NCBI RefSeq assembly: GCF_902459465.1
Contig: NC_047076.1
Coordinates: forward strand, 372,001-436,000
DNA: 64,000 nt
Direction: 5' to 3'
From: Asterias rubens
Lineage: Eukaryota
The notes beneath the pieces are model-generated. The model made no database searches. It had not been told where the DNA came from and saw only the letters and a list, made by a program, of their open reading frames with translations. Below, one piece after another: positions 35,301 through 44,900 of the stretch (its first letter is position 1; every line of letters begins with the position of its first letter). The position numbers and the translations under genes were made by a program.

Positions 35301-35827
35301 AGTTGGGAGAAAATAACGAGAAAACCTACCCTTGTTTCCGCACACTTAAAATAAATCCATAGTTTTCGATATCGAGAACTTATATTGTTTTTATGTTTTC
35401 TCAAAAAGTAAAGCATTTCATGGAATACTATTTCAAGAGAAGTCTTTCACCATTACCTTCTGTAAACCCTGTGAGTTATTTGTAAATCTGTGAACTTAAA
35501 CAAAACAATTCTGTACTGAAAGTGTCCAATACGCTTTACATTAGTGCCCTGGTCATTGCTAAAATCTTTCTCTGCTCCCTGGCTGTCTTTGTGTTCTGAA
35601 ACTTTTTCAAACACAATATCAATTTTTTTATTATTATATTTTTATATTTATTTTCGTTTACTTTTCTGTTGCAGGGAGAAGCAGTTCGCATGGCACGTAG
35701 TCTACCATCCAACATGTCTGCTCAAGATATAAAAAACATCCTGAAACGAATGAAACAATTACCAGATCATTGTCAGACATGTCTACACAATCTGCCCTTT
35801 GAACACCTCTTGTGTTTACTTCCATAA
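5222..35827 (+). CDS. PMS1: PMS1 (MutL-family mismatch repair protein with HMG box), 14 coding exons, ~1074 aa if one T is removed at 29898-29901
   Basis: Exons 5222-5362, 24050-24335, 24761-25050, 25709-25831, 26156-26302, 26994-28206, 28944-29067, 29471-29570, 29782-29943, 30343-30441, 31518-31607, 32818-32954, 34670-34830, 35675-35827, all AG/GT bounded. GHKL motifs [21 protein letters not shown] and [11 protein letters not shown]; HMG box [38 protein letters not shown]; C-terminus [11 protein letters not shown]...CLHNLPF. It lacks the PMS2 DQHAxxE endonuclease motif (NQYRVEE instead), which fits PMS1. There is one phase conflict, at the 29943/30343 junction. Confidence 0.93.
5492..5673. 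mobile_element. MITE with AAGCC.GGTTCATACTTCCTGCGAAT TIRs
   Basis: Inverted termini TAAGCCAGGTTCATACTTCCTGCG / CGCAAGAAGTATGAATTAGGCTTTA. Related copies at 19208-19339 and 29149-29320. Confidence 0.75.
6634..7614 (+). mobile_element. tRNA-derived SINE whose central domain is tandemly amplified
   Basis: A-box TGGCCGAGTGG (6641) and B-box-like GGTTTGATTCC (6698), then GTCATGACA..TGTGTCCTT..A.GCAA.ACACTT as in other SINE heads here. The 3' body TATACTCC.CAGG.AGCT...GGCCCA...AAGCGC.TTGATA is shared with 30082-30216, and there is an (ATT)n tail. Confidence 0.75.
6781..7505 (+). repeat. 81-bp minisatellite, 9 copies
   Basis: Unit GTACCTGGGAGGGTAGAGGTTGATATTGTGTATGAAAAAGCCTTTGGAGCGCTGCAGTTGCCCAGGTTGTATACTCCTATA starting at 6781, 6862, 6943, 7023, 7104, 7185, 7266, 7347, 7428. 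Confidence 0.97.
7839..8768 (-). CDS. Sulfotransferase-fold protein, copy 1 (Sulfotransfer_5-like / N-terminal domain of 'BCAT-like' proteins), intronless CDS, 309 aa from MADQIK
   Basis: PAPS-binding-like loop [12 protein letters not shown], 3'-PB-like [12 protein letters not shown], and [28 protein letters not shown]...LLSW. A pyrimidine tract with CAG acceptor at about 8823 precedes the ATG at 8768, so the longer ORF-track start (8909) is probably intronic. Confidence 0.85.
   Translation of the reverse strand: MADQIKVILWACPRTVSSAFLKCMDKLPDSKMLFEMYSTARFFGPERQIVSNNNMEMPPEPEVITEKTPEELQKDPGSGFHSSICTYKWLKHHMETGYPDKKIIFAKEISFCPDGKFEYLPDSGYRHAFLIRNPAKVFPSWKKLVVEMMNLMSVQSDNKTNISLDEVEFDQQPPEILPPGGSFKETYDLYSYVKEKGLDPDPVILDADDLVNDPATILSGFCKTLGIPYSDELLSWDAGVDVVKDWTVSQTLNNIINDSDGFKNFRNGTCFMKPQVQSQESKPEVTADLQRLIDIALPYYTKMYDNRIQ
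10342..10560 (-). mobile_element. tRNA-derived SINE
   Basis: Minus strand TAGCCGAGCGGTCTAGGGCG...GGGTTTGAATC...CCTGTGTCCTTGAGCAAGACACTT...CCAGGAGTACAAATGGGTACC...TAGCATCCTATCCAGGGGGAATAC. Confidence 0.75.
14041..14078 (+). mobile_element. Helitron-like terminus: GC-rich hairpin ending in CTAG|T
   Basis: CTAGCGGGGTGCAGCGCGAAGCGCGGCATCCCGCTAG|T, an isolated GC hairpin in AT-rich DNA. The other end was not identified. Confidence 0.5.
14506..15380. repeat. 35-bp minisatellite, 25 copies
   Basis: Unit AAACATGCCATACCCTCTATCTCAACTACAGTACT, nearly identical copies. Confidence 0.98.
15446..15743 (-). repeat. 21-bp minisatellite (~11 copies) of a hairpin, adjoining a degenerate hammerhead-like motif
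   Basis: Minus-strand unit AAGAAAGACTCTGCTAGGGTC. The plus strand ends CTAGGGTCAAAAACGTCAAGCCA, matching dispersed motifs at 25141, 31704, 52677 and 54429. Confidence 0.9.
15814..16743 (-). CDS. Sulfotransferase-fold protein, copy 2, intronless CDS, 309 aa
   Basis: Same motifs as copy 1 ([37 protein letters not shown]). TAG acceptor at about 16849 upstream of the ATG. Confidence 0.85.
   Translation of the reverse strand: MADQIKVKMIDNSDQIKVILWTSPRSISSALLKCMDKVPDSKMLFEMYSTARFFGPNKMIDISPLPGVITDKTPEEILKDPGCGFDSSICTYKWLKHHMETGYPDKKIIFAKEMSYCADGKFEYLPDSGYRHAFLIRNPARVFPSWKKLIVEMVNRKGNTNMSLDEVDLDKMPSEIFPEGGGFKETYDLYSYVKEKGLDPDPVILDADDLVNNPATMLSGFCKTLGIPYSDELLNWDAGVDFVKDWTVSEPLHNIIQFSQSFKNFRSGTCFLKPQVQSQESKPEVSADIQRLIDLSMPYFTKMYDKRIK
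16744..17265 (-). pseudogene. Two short fragments of the sulfotransferase N-terminus upstream of copy 2
   Basis: About 16805-16744 reads [20 protein letters not shown]; about 17265-17215 reads [14 protein letters not shown], matching [14 protein letters not shown]. Confidence 0.7.
18820..19075 (+). mobile_element. Dispersed ~300-bp repeat family (same as 51594-51920); further copies at ~31860-32050 (+), ~37320-37400 (-), ~50950-51140 (+), ~57345-58000 (-)
   Basis: Shared blocks AAAAAGCAGGACAGTTCTTTTCAGA.CTGAGAAGTCTCCC and CTCTACCTGGCAAGTAGATACACACATGGTGTTACC.CAAACCAAATATA. This copy starts with AAACGTTGAGAACAATT, like the ribozyme 3' end at 51626. Confidence 0.75.
20280..20734. mobile_element. 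Palindrome-plus-tail non-autonomous element
   Basis: 143-bp imperfect hairpin ACAATTGTTGCACGCTGTG...CACAGCGTGCAACAATTGT (20280-20422), then a tail bracketed by TTGTTACACCT / AGGTATAACAA with TGATTGG..CCAATCA near its end. Confidence 0.7.
21004..21921 (-). CDS. Sulfotransferase-fold protein, copy 3, intronless CDS, 305 aa
   Basis: [37 protein letters not shown] motifs. Pyrimidine tract and CAG acceptor at 21945-21947. Confidence 0.85.
   Translation of the reverse strand: MADRTKVILWACPRTVSSAFLKCMDKVSESKMVFEMFSTAQYFGPDRVAPANINERLTPLPGLITDKTQEEILKDPGCGFDSSICTYKWLKHHMETGYPDKKVVIFKEICYSAEGKFEYLPDSGCRHAFLIRNPTKVLHSWMQQSITFKDNFSDRYSARPIDDTTFFPHEEVFKAMYDLYSYVKEKGLDPDPVILDADDLVNDPATILSGFCKTLGIPYSDELLNWDAGVDVVKDWSISQPLYDIIKHDLSFENFRNSTCFLKPNVKSQMPRSEAEWSADLCEYVQRHTDSAMPYYKEMHKKRMK
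27084..27347 (+). repeat. In-frame 54-bp (18-aa) tandem repeat, ~5 copies, in the PMS1 linker exon
   Basis: [18 protein letters not shown] units at 27084, 27138, 27192, 27246 and 27300 (the last with a 12-bp deletion). Confidence 0.95.
29149..29320. mobile_element. MITE, same family as 5492-5673
   Basis: TAAAGCCCAGCTCATACTTCCTG ... GAGGAAGTATGAGCCGGGTTTTA. Confidence 0.75.
30082..30216 (+). mobile_element. SINE 3' fragment (family of 6634-7614)
   Basis: GGCTGTATACTCCCCAGGTAGCTGAGATGG...GGCCCAG...GCGCTTTGATATGCCCTTCGGG; another 3' end lies reversed at about 34890-34960. Confidence 0.65.
30481..30997. mobile_element. Palindrome-plus-tail element with ~69-bp near-perfect hairpin arms
   Basis: Arms 30481-30549 and 30560-30629 with a 10-nt loop. 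Tail bracketed by ATTAATAAAAACC / GGTATTTATTAAT, with GACCAATCA near the end. Confidence 0.8.
32966..33335. mobile_element. TA-flanked MITE (TAAAGGAACATTACAGAAT family); partial relatives at ~19790-20160 and ~22166-22350
   Basis: TAAAGGAACATTACAGAAT versus ATTCTGTAACGTTCCTTTA. Confidence 0.8.
33620..33964. mobile_element. TA-flanked MITE (TAAAGG...GTACACGTTTGGTAATT family)
   Basis: TAAAGGCTCTGTACACGTTTGGTAA versus TTACCAAACGTGTACCTTCCCTTTA; reversed relative at 36150-36456. Confidence 0.8.
34262..34645. mobile_element. TA-flanked MITE (TAAAGGCAGTGGACACTATTGGTAATT family)
   Basis: TAAAGGCAGTGGACATTATTGGTAATT versus AATTACCAATAGTGTCCACTGTCTTTA; reversed copy at 40009-40394. Confidence 0.85.
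35187..35539. mobile_element. TA-flanked MITE, TAAAGCCAT family
   Basis: Colinear with 4467-4840; TIRs TAAAGCCATTGGACACTTTC / GAAAGTGTCCAATACGCTTTA. Confidence 0.85.
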
Positions 35828-36149
35828 TCTCAGGTTTAATCTTCTAAAGCCTTTGTCTAGAGGCACAATGTGACTGTTTTCATAATCATGCTAGAGGGGT
35901 GTGGGGTGGGGGGGGGGGGCTCTGTGTGTATTTGGGGAAAGGTTACTGTTGGTTTTTTGAACGGTTTAATTTCTATATCCTAATGTAATGTAGATGTATA
36001 AAACTCACATTTGAAAATTTCATTTCAATTCAATTCAATTCAATTTTTATTGGTCCTGCCATGGAGGAAAATCATTTTGAATACCTGCAATACAGACAAT
36101 AACAAATCACAATCATAAGTTGCATTTTCGAGATCATCGCAAAATTCCT

Positions 36150-36456
36150 TAAAGGGGAGGTACACGTTTAGTTATTACTCAAAATGATTATTAACTTAAA
36201 AACTGACTTGGCAACGAGTAATGGGGAGCTGTTGATAGTATAAAACATTGTGGAAAACGACTCCCTCTGAAGTATTTTAGTTCTGAAAGCACACAAATTC
36301 GTCAAACAAGGGTGTTTTTCTGTCATATTTTCTAGCAACTTTGATGACCAATTGAGCCCAAATTTTCACAGGCTTGTTATTTAATGTTTATATGATGGGA
36401 TACGCCAAGTGAGAACACTGGTCTTTGACAATTACCAAACGTGTACAGTGCCTTTA
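36150..36456. mobile_element. TA-flanked MITE, reversed relative of 33620-33964
   Basis: TAAAGGGGAGGTACACGTTT ... AAACGTGTACAGTGCCTTTA. Confidence 0.8.
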
Positions 36457-37937
36457 AGAATAGTCCCTAATATAAACAATCCAAAAGCATAACTGCAGTA
36501 GCACATCCAAGATATGAATTTATTCCAACTTCATTAATCTTTTGTCCTAATGGAATCATTCCTAGAATATTAAGTTACCCTCATCTTCATCAAGTTATGT
36601 TTTGATCAACATTATGCGAGAAATAAAACAAAATTTAATCAAAGAAAACAAATGAAGTTGTAGCCATGATCCAAAGTTGGACACTTAAATGGATCTTTAT
36701 ATTGGAAAAACATGGTCAGTCTGCTAAAATGATCTTTGTTTTGCAAATAAATGGAATGCATACATTTTCTTATGCTGACTATTTTTTATAAAATATATTA
36801 TCTAGACAGCTTGCTAATAAAATGACTTATTTTTGAATAATTGTATTTCTTAGCAAATCTCCAGTTATTGCTGTTTTTGTTCATTTAATTTTTGCTGTCT
36901 GTTTTGTTTCATTTTTTATTTATTTTTTATTATTTATTATTTTAGAACAAAACAGGTTTCATCAGAAAACCACCTTTAATCGGTAAAAAATAATTTGTTT
37001 CCTGTATTTTTATACCAAAAAGGCATTTTGATGTATAAAAGGCTATGACACACAGTAGTAGGTTTGGGTAAACCGAATCATAACCACCCAAACCGAACAG
37101 CAATCCCATTGTGACACCATTTTTTAGAAAGGCTAATCGCTTTGGAACTTTTAAACAATCTGAACGAAAATTTACTGCCTTTAAATTATTAGTTGTCCAG
37201 TCACAGCGAATAGTTCATTTCAGTTCAACAATGCACAAACTCTTGGGGCTTGGCAGTATCCTGTGGTTATAGGATTTGAGGCATTGCATGGAGAGGTATC
37301 GATATAGGTTTGCGCTAACGCCATGTGTGTATCTACTTTTTTTGCCAGGTAGAGTTTGTTCTTAGAGAACGGTTGTTCTGGAAAAGAAACGACTTGTACA
37401 GCATGGCATGGCACTGTTCACTCATTGTAAAACGTACGCAAAACAACACTAACCCGCCCCTACGCCAGAGGACAGAGTGGAATAGGTAAAAAGACATCAA
37501 TCAGGGGCAACTTTACTAAACGCAGCCTGTCAGAGGTTAATAAGAGTCGGCGATATTCAGCCAGGTTATGTAATCATCATTCAAAATATTTGGAATTTCT
37601 ACTTAAATCAGTTGTTGTTATACAAAATAGGAAAGCAGCTCCCTGAACAACAACATCGCAAACTGGAAAAGAAGATCATTGAATAGAATGGTCTATTACG
37701 CAACAAGCATTTAAAAGGTTTCCCAAAAGGTGTTCTTTCTAAAGATGTTTTTGTATAAAACAACATAATAGAGCCACACACCGCTACTCTACTGAGGTAT
37801 TTGAATTCATGGTTTGTGGAGATCTTGTCGATTGTAGGGCCAGGGCCATTAAGTAAGACGGTGCATCTCTGGACCTAACAGTGACCTGACAAGAGTCGTT
37901 GTGCATTAGTTGGAGAGTGGGTCTGACCACTTTGATC

Positions 37938-39843
37938 ATGGCGCTCGTCCGTTCCTTCGTGTTTCTCTTAGCGGTTTGTGTCTGCATCCACGCTGAATTA
38001 TTAACGGAAGATGAAAAGAAGACAGTTTTGGATGTCCACAACATTTGGCGCAGGGCCGTTCAGCCTACTGCCTCCGATATGATCAAACTCGTGAGTACAT
38101 TATCGCCAAACAATTCAGTTGTCCAATCTGAACGTTTTTTTCTTTTTTTTTTTCTCTTCAAATATCCTTTGCGCTGTTATGTGTTGCTAAAGAACGTCTG
38201 CAACAGCAATAAATAATGATTAATTCAAATGATTGTGTTTGTTTATTGGTTTTTATTTGACAATCTTGACAAAATTGAAAAGTAAAAAGGTAAAATGTAA
38301 CAAATGCACACAAAAACGAGGGGGGGGGGGACCCTAAAAAAAAATTGAAAGGCGGAATTTTAAATTGGGAAAGAATGTGAAAAAGTAAATTACGTGGTTA
38401 CCGGAGCCAAACAAGAAAACACATCATTCTCATACATTCGAAGGATTAAAGGGAGCAAGACAACTTCTTAAGAACAATTTACACGGCCCACATCAAATCA
38501 CCTATAGTAATCTATAGTTCTTGTCCATTCCACCATACAGCAATGGAGCGATGTCTTGGCCAATGGAGCAAATGACTGGGTTGCTCAATGTAAAAAGGGC
38601 AATAACCGATTTCTTAATTCCGAACCATCTGCAATGAAAGAGAACTTCAAGAGGATTGGTCAGAATCATTGGTCAGAGGCTACTGACAAGCTGGACATGA
38701 CAGCCATCGTGAACTCATGGGGGAATGAATTTGAATATTACTCCTACAAGATGAGAAGATGCGTCAGCAAAGATGGCGTCGCGCCTACCTGTGGTCATTA
38801 CACACAAGTGAGTTTAACTGTATATCCTGGATGACAATAAGTTTGAAAGTTTTATGTGAGCTTACGGGAGTGCCCTTGTGAGGTGTTTCACAAAGGACTC
38901 CAAGGGACTTAATTGCTACTTGTTTATAAAACGAATTGATTTAAAACCCATTCACAGGTTGTCAGGGCAAAGACGGAGTTTATTGGATGCGCTAAGAATA
39001 TGTGCCAAGAAGATGGTGTTTCCCGTGTAACCTGCTTCTACGGACCTGGGTTAGTTTAACAAACAGTCAGTTTTTACTCGTGGAGATACCGTTTTCAGAC
39101 CAGACCACAGGTAGTGTCACTGTAGAATTTTCTTCGATCCCAACATGGAAAGTTTCAAAACGATTTCAGTCGTGATTACCAGTATTCCTTCTTGACTTTA
39201 AAAGGCAACGTAACTCATGACAAGATGTGTTAACTTTTAAACTATAATCTTCTGTGGGTGATTTTGCTGATTTTTAAAACTTATTGACAACAAGTCATAA
39301 TCCCAGAATTACCAAGAGACAAACGAATAATAAATCATATAAGTGTTATCGTTTTTCCTTCATTACTTGCACCTTGACTATTTTCCAAACAGGTACGCAT
39401 GAAGCTTAAATCATTATTTTACTTTCATCCAAATATTCTTGTAGAGGTAACAGCTTCTTCACAAGTCCATATAAGAAAGGAACTCCATGCAAAAAGTGCC
39501 CCAAGGGATATACGTGTGAAGACAAGCTATGTGGTAAGGGCAGGCTAATCGTCATATAATGAGCAATCAGTAAAACTATAGGCCCCCTATCTAATTACTA
39601 ATTAATTTGAATGGGTTGGTATAAGGAAACTGTACCACAGGAACCATAACTAATAAGGAAAGACTACAACTAAAATAAAATTCTGGAGTGATTGGAAGTT
39701 GGTATCATCACGATAATGATAGTTGCAAAAATTTGTTATTTTCGAGGAATAATTTCTCGTACTTTTCTCTACTTTCAGTTGACCCCAATCCTTCTGAGCG
39801 TGCGCTTTCCGACGTGGAGTTTCTTGATTTTCTGTTAGAGTGA
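37938..39843 (+). CDS. Secreted CAP/SCP (CRISP/GLIPR1/PI16-like) protein, 5 exons, ~221 aa
   Basis: Exons 37938-38090, 38541-38807, 38958-39049, 39445-39533, 39779-39843 with compatible phases. Signal peptide MALVRSFVFLLAVCVCIHA; HNIWRRAVQPTASDM; IGQN; CGHYTQVV; IGCA; TCFYGPGGN; Cys-rich hinge PYKKGTPCKKCPKGYTCEDKLC. The last exon is less certain, since read-through of exon 4 would stop at 39559. Confidence 0.88.
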
Positions 39844-40008
39844 AGACGATGGACGGACAACATGCTTGGAACAATAATTGATTGATTTTGTAGCTCTTGA
39901 TAGTTTCTGATAATAACACCAAAGTGACAGATTTCGTCTGTATTACGTTTACGGATTGAGTTTGAGGCAAAGTATATATCATTGGTTTTTGAAACCGTTC
40001 GATTGTTT

Positions 40009-40394
40009 TAAAGACAGTGGACACTATTGGTAATTGTGAAAGAGCAGTCTTCTCACTTGATGTATCTCAACATATGCATAAAATAACAAACCTGTGAAAA
40101 TTTGAGCTTGATTGGTCGTCGGAGTTGCGAGATAACTATGGAATAAAAAAAACACCCTTGTCACACGAATTTGTGTGCTTTCAGATGCTTGATTTCGAGA
40201 CCTCAAATTCTAAACTTGAGGTCTTGAAATCGAATTCGTGGAAAATTACTTCTTTCTCGAAAACTACGTCACTTCAGAGGGAGTTGTTTCACACAATGTT
40301 TTATACTATCAACCTCTCCCCTTTACTCGCTACCAAATGAGGTTTTATGATGATAATTATGTTGAGTAATTACCAATAGTGTCCACTGCCTTTA
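40009..40394. mobile_element. TA-flanked MITE, reversed copy of 34262-34645
   Basis: TAAAGACAGTGGACACTATTGGTAATT versus AATTACCAATAGTGTCCACTGCCTTTA. Confidence 0.85.
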
Positions 40395-40957
40395 ACCCTT
40401 TAAAATGTAGATGTAGGCAAAACAATTTGAGAAGTGTTTCCTGCAGTAATGCATCTCATATTCACATTTGATACAAAAGGCATAAAAACTGATTTCCCAA
40501 TTTAACTTCGAAGTGAAATTCTCAAAATGTTTGAAACAATGTGTCGAAAGCTTCTGTGTAGTCTTAACCAAGAGTTGTTATTGCCTTTCATTTTAAAAGT
40601 AGTAAGCTTACAATATTTAGAAAACCCTCAGCATTTCTTGTAAGAGCCACTTTTTGAAATAAAAATTTTAACTAAAATTGCACTGTTGTCTGTTTCTTAA
40701 TTATGTTTTTGTCTTCTTGCCAACACAACGGACATCCGGCTAATGAAATAATCTGTAGTGAAATGAAAGTTTGTCTACTGTGGTAATCACAAAACAACAA
40801 TAAAACAAAAATTGCAGCCCCCCCCCGAAACAAATAAAATAAAAATGTGTGTGTGCGTGTTAGACGATGACATTAAAGGTTTGCTGTTATACAAAGTAAT
40901 GATGCTTTAGTTGAACCGTGTAATCTTTATAAAATAATTCAATTTGAAAAAAATTAA

Positions 40958-41314
40958 TTTTTACATACCTGAGTTTTTTTAAATGATTTATTTTCTTTAA
41001 AAATAATAGTCTTCAGGAACGCCCACATAAATAGGTCACTTGCTGATATATGGCTGGATTCCCTACGTGACGTCACATGCGTTACATAATATATACTCTT
41101 GAGTGAATTTGACACTAGAAGGAACACATACTTGTAATTCTTTTAGCAGACTCTGTCCCATAACAATTGTTCTCTGAAATAGCTCAAGAATTCAGTAATG
41201 AAAACGTCACGTAGGGAATCCAGCCATATGTCAGCAAATGACCTATTTATGTAGTCCTAAAGACTATTTATTTTAAAGAAAATAAATCATTTAAAAATCC
41301 ACATGAATGTAAAA
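40958..41314. mobile_element. Fold-back element with ~115-bp inverted arms upstream of OXSR1
   Basis: ...AAATGATTT.ATTTTCTTTAAAA..AATAGTCTT.AGGA...CATAAATAGGTCA.TTGCTGA.ATATGGCTGGATTCCCTACGTGACGT is mirrored at about 41203-41314. Confidence 0.75.
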
Positions 41315-41963
41315 CATTATTTGTTAGTTACCTTTTGAACGAAAACAATGCAAGTTTATGTGTTTGAGTTGTATCCCAATTTTCAATCTTGAAACTTGTT
41401 GTCAACATAGAGTGCTCCGGGGGGAAGAATTCATTTTTCAGCCCCGATTCAGACATAATAACCACCATTATTAATTCGAACAGTAGAGGGCTCTGTTTAT
41501 CTTAATACAAGTTTTGTGCCGAAAAATAAAGTCAATTTTTTGGGGGGAGGCAACATTACAAGTAGCCTAGGCCGCGCCCCTCCCTAGGCCCCTATTATAT
41601 TACTTTGTGCAGTCTTCATTGTGACAAAATGTACCTAAGCATTGTTACATATCAGTTTGCATTATCTGTCTAATTTATCCTTTTCTTGCTGTGCCTGAAT
41701 TTCCCAACTGTTTTGTCTATTTTTTAAGGGGGGCAGTAGCATCAGTAGCATCCCCCAGAATCACCATACGTTCCGCCCCTTAAAATATGATCGTACAGGA
41801 TGGATTGTACAACTGCAAGGATTTAAGAAAACCTGCCCGATTTGCACTAAAATCTATTCGTTTCAAGGAGACCTGCAGCAGGATTTCATTGGTACTCGTG
41901 CAACCAGATTTATATCATGGTAAATAAGGCACTTTAACCGAGAGTACCAGCGTAGATTTCACG

Positions 41964-44900
41964 ATGGCGGAAGGCGGTGCTACCGAAGTTGAAGCCAGCG
42001 TTGGGCATGCCTCGCCTCCTTTACCGGCAGTGTCTGGTCCTTGGCCAAATACTAAAGATTCCTACGTTCTCGGAGATCTTTTGGGTATGTTTGTTGGCTA
42101 GTTTAACTGTCAAGGTTAATATGATTAATTTAATCCATGGCCGAGTTTTTTTTTGCTGACTAGACTGAGTCTGGACTACTCAATCACATCAATATAGAGC
42201 ACAAGGATCACATTCACTATTCCGACATTGGACATTTGGCATTGGCATTGGCATTGCATATCGTATCTCATTATCTGCAATACATTGTCATTGTTGCACC
42301 ACCTAACGTCCTAACCTTCTAATCTTATCTTTAGTTATAGTGACACGACCTACGTTAATTTAATTTAGTTATATTTCAGAGACATTTGCTTCCATTTTCA
42401 CCAGTTATAATAAATGGTGCCATACAAAATTTAATTGAATTGATAATTGATTTGAATGAAAACAATGAAGGAGTTAAGTTTAATAAAGTAAATGTTGATG
42501 AGAGACAGAGACAGTCGGACTAGAGTAGAGAGGAGAGATTATTGAGTAAAGTAGAGTAGGGCATTTGACCTTGCTTGCCCTTCTGTCATGTCCGTTTACA
42601 ACTTGGGAGCTGCTCATTTTTTTTACAAGTTTTTTTACTTGTTTTGTTTGTTTCTTTTTTTTTCTTTCTACAATCTAATTTGTATGCACAAAATTGAAAA
42701 TCAGAAGATGATTTAAAAAAAAAATACTACAAAATAGATGCAGATGCACAATGTGTTATTTATGCTATGCAATGGCTTACAAGTTACATTCATATGAAAG
42801 TTAAATGAGCCAAAACCTGCGGCTGCCCATGTGTTATATTCTTTTACCTTTAGCAGAATTTACAACTGTCTACATGAATTTTGGAGTAGTCAGTCACAAT
42901 TGTTTTTGTTTTCTTATCCGTCTCCTGTTTTTCATTAACTAGGACATGGAGCGACGGCGTTTGTACAGAAAGCTCTGTGTACGCCACGTAACGAGCAATG
43001 TGCCATCAAAAGAATTAATCTGGAGAAATGTGACACTACCATGGAAGAGTTGGCTGTAAGTAAACAAACACAAATCATCCTCAATAGTGGTGTAGCCACG
43101 GTGGGCGGTGCTGGGTGTGCCTAGAACAAACAATTTGGCCCAGCATTCTCTGGGGGTTTCCTCCAACATCTAAAACTAAAATGTCCCTCTTATCTTCTCT
43201 CCATATGGGGTACTTGGCTAGTGCAATGATCAAAGTCACTTTTCTGAGAATCCTTGGCTTCATAGAAAGCAAATGAAATTAAATTAAACAATCTGTAATT
43301 CTGATCATTGTAACACTTAATCCTCATGATCTTACAAACTCAAGCTTTCTCTTTTTCATTGACTCAGAAATGTTCAATTTAAACATAAATAACATTGCAA
43401 GATAACTGCTAAGTATCAGTGGTTTTTAAACCATTGATTGTTTGTCAAAAGGACCTGAACAAAACTTAGCACTGCACAGAGGCTTTTTGGTCTCATGTTA
43501 ATCTAAACATTTTAATTTCAATCAGCTTCATTTTTACTTTAACAGAAAGAAATCCAGTCTATGGGTCAGTGTAAACATGAGAACATTGTGAGTTACTACA
43601 CTTCATTTGTGGCTAAGGAAGAACTATGGTTGGTCATGAAGCTACTAGCTGCAGGTAAGAATTTAAACAAAATCCTCAGCCGTGACACGTGTGTCCTTAA
43701 GCAAGACACTTAACCATTGCTTCGTTCTTCAGATGGGACGTAAAGCCGTTGTTCCCATGTGTTGTGTAACGCATGTAAAAGAACCCAGTGCACTTATCGA
43801 AAAGAGAAGGGGTTCGCCCCGGTGTTCCTGGTCCGAGCGGCAGCAAATTGCCCACAGCACTCTGTAAATCATTACATGGTGCTATCAGAACTAGGTTTCA
43901 TAATTCAAAACGTAGTCCAAAATATGGCAGGAAATACTGTATGTTACAGCGCCAGGAGCGTCACTGGGTGACGGACATGTGAGCTATATAAGAAGCCACA
44001 ATTATTATTTATGGGACAAAGGTCCTCTTTGTTTAACTGCCCCCAAGGGACTTTTTAGAAAAGTGAATAATAGAACAGCAACAGCAAGGAAGTATCCACA
44101 ACCCTGTGTGTATAAGTTTGTGTGACTTTGTTATTTACAAAACAAAATGACAACACATATCCATAATTTCTTGTAAAGAGTAATTACTACACGATTGTAC
44201 CCCCAATAGTCACCATACGATTGTACCCCCAATAGTCACCATACGATTGTACCCCCAATAGTCACCATACGATTGTACCCCCAATAGTCACCATACGATT
44301 GTACCCCCAATAGTCACCATACGATTGTACCCCCAATAGTCACCATACGATTGTACCCCCAATAGTCACCATACGATTGTACCCCCAATAGTCACCATAC
44401 GATTGTACCCCCAATAGTCACCATACGATTGTACCCCCAATAGTCACCATACGATTGTACCCCCAATAGTCACCATACGATTGTACCCCCAATAGTCACC
44501 ATACGATTGTACCCCCAATAGTCACCATACGATTGTACCCCCAATAGTCACCATTAATCTAACCATGTTTACTCCACAATTGAGTGAAATTTATCTCATA
44601 TCGAATACGTTCAGGATCTGTGTTAGACATCATGAAGCACGCTATGAAGAAATCCCCCACTAAAACTTGCCATTTGGATGAAGTCGTGATTGCCACAATC
44701 TTAAAGGAAACTCTTAAAGGTCTTGAATATCTGCATGAAAATGGACAAATACACAGGTAAGCCTAATCCAATTTCCATTCAGTTCAGTTCAATTCAAAAC
44801 ACTTTAATTACATTTACCAGGCAATTCCAACAGCAGATCAGATTTCCTTTACAGTATCTGTATCTTTATCTGTCATCAATCTCCACACTGGGATATTACT

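Noticed and set aside
35895-35920. G-rich runs (also ~17118, 19158, 19391) as functional G-quadruplexes
   Set aside because: They are simple poly-G tracts of uncertain length in assemblies, with no supporting context.
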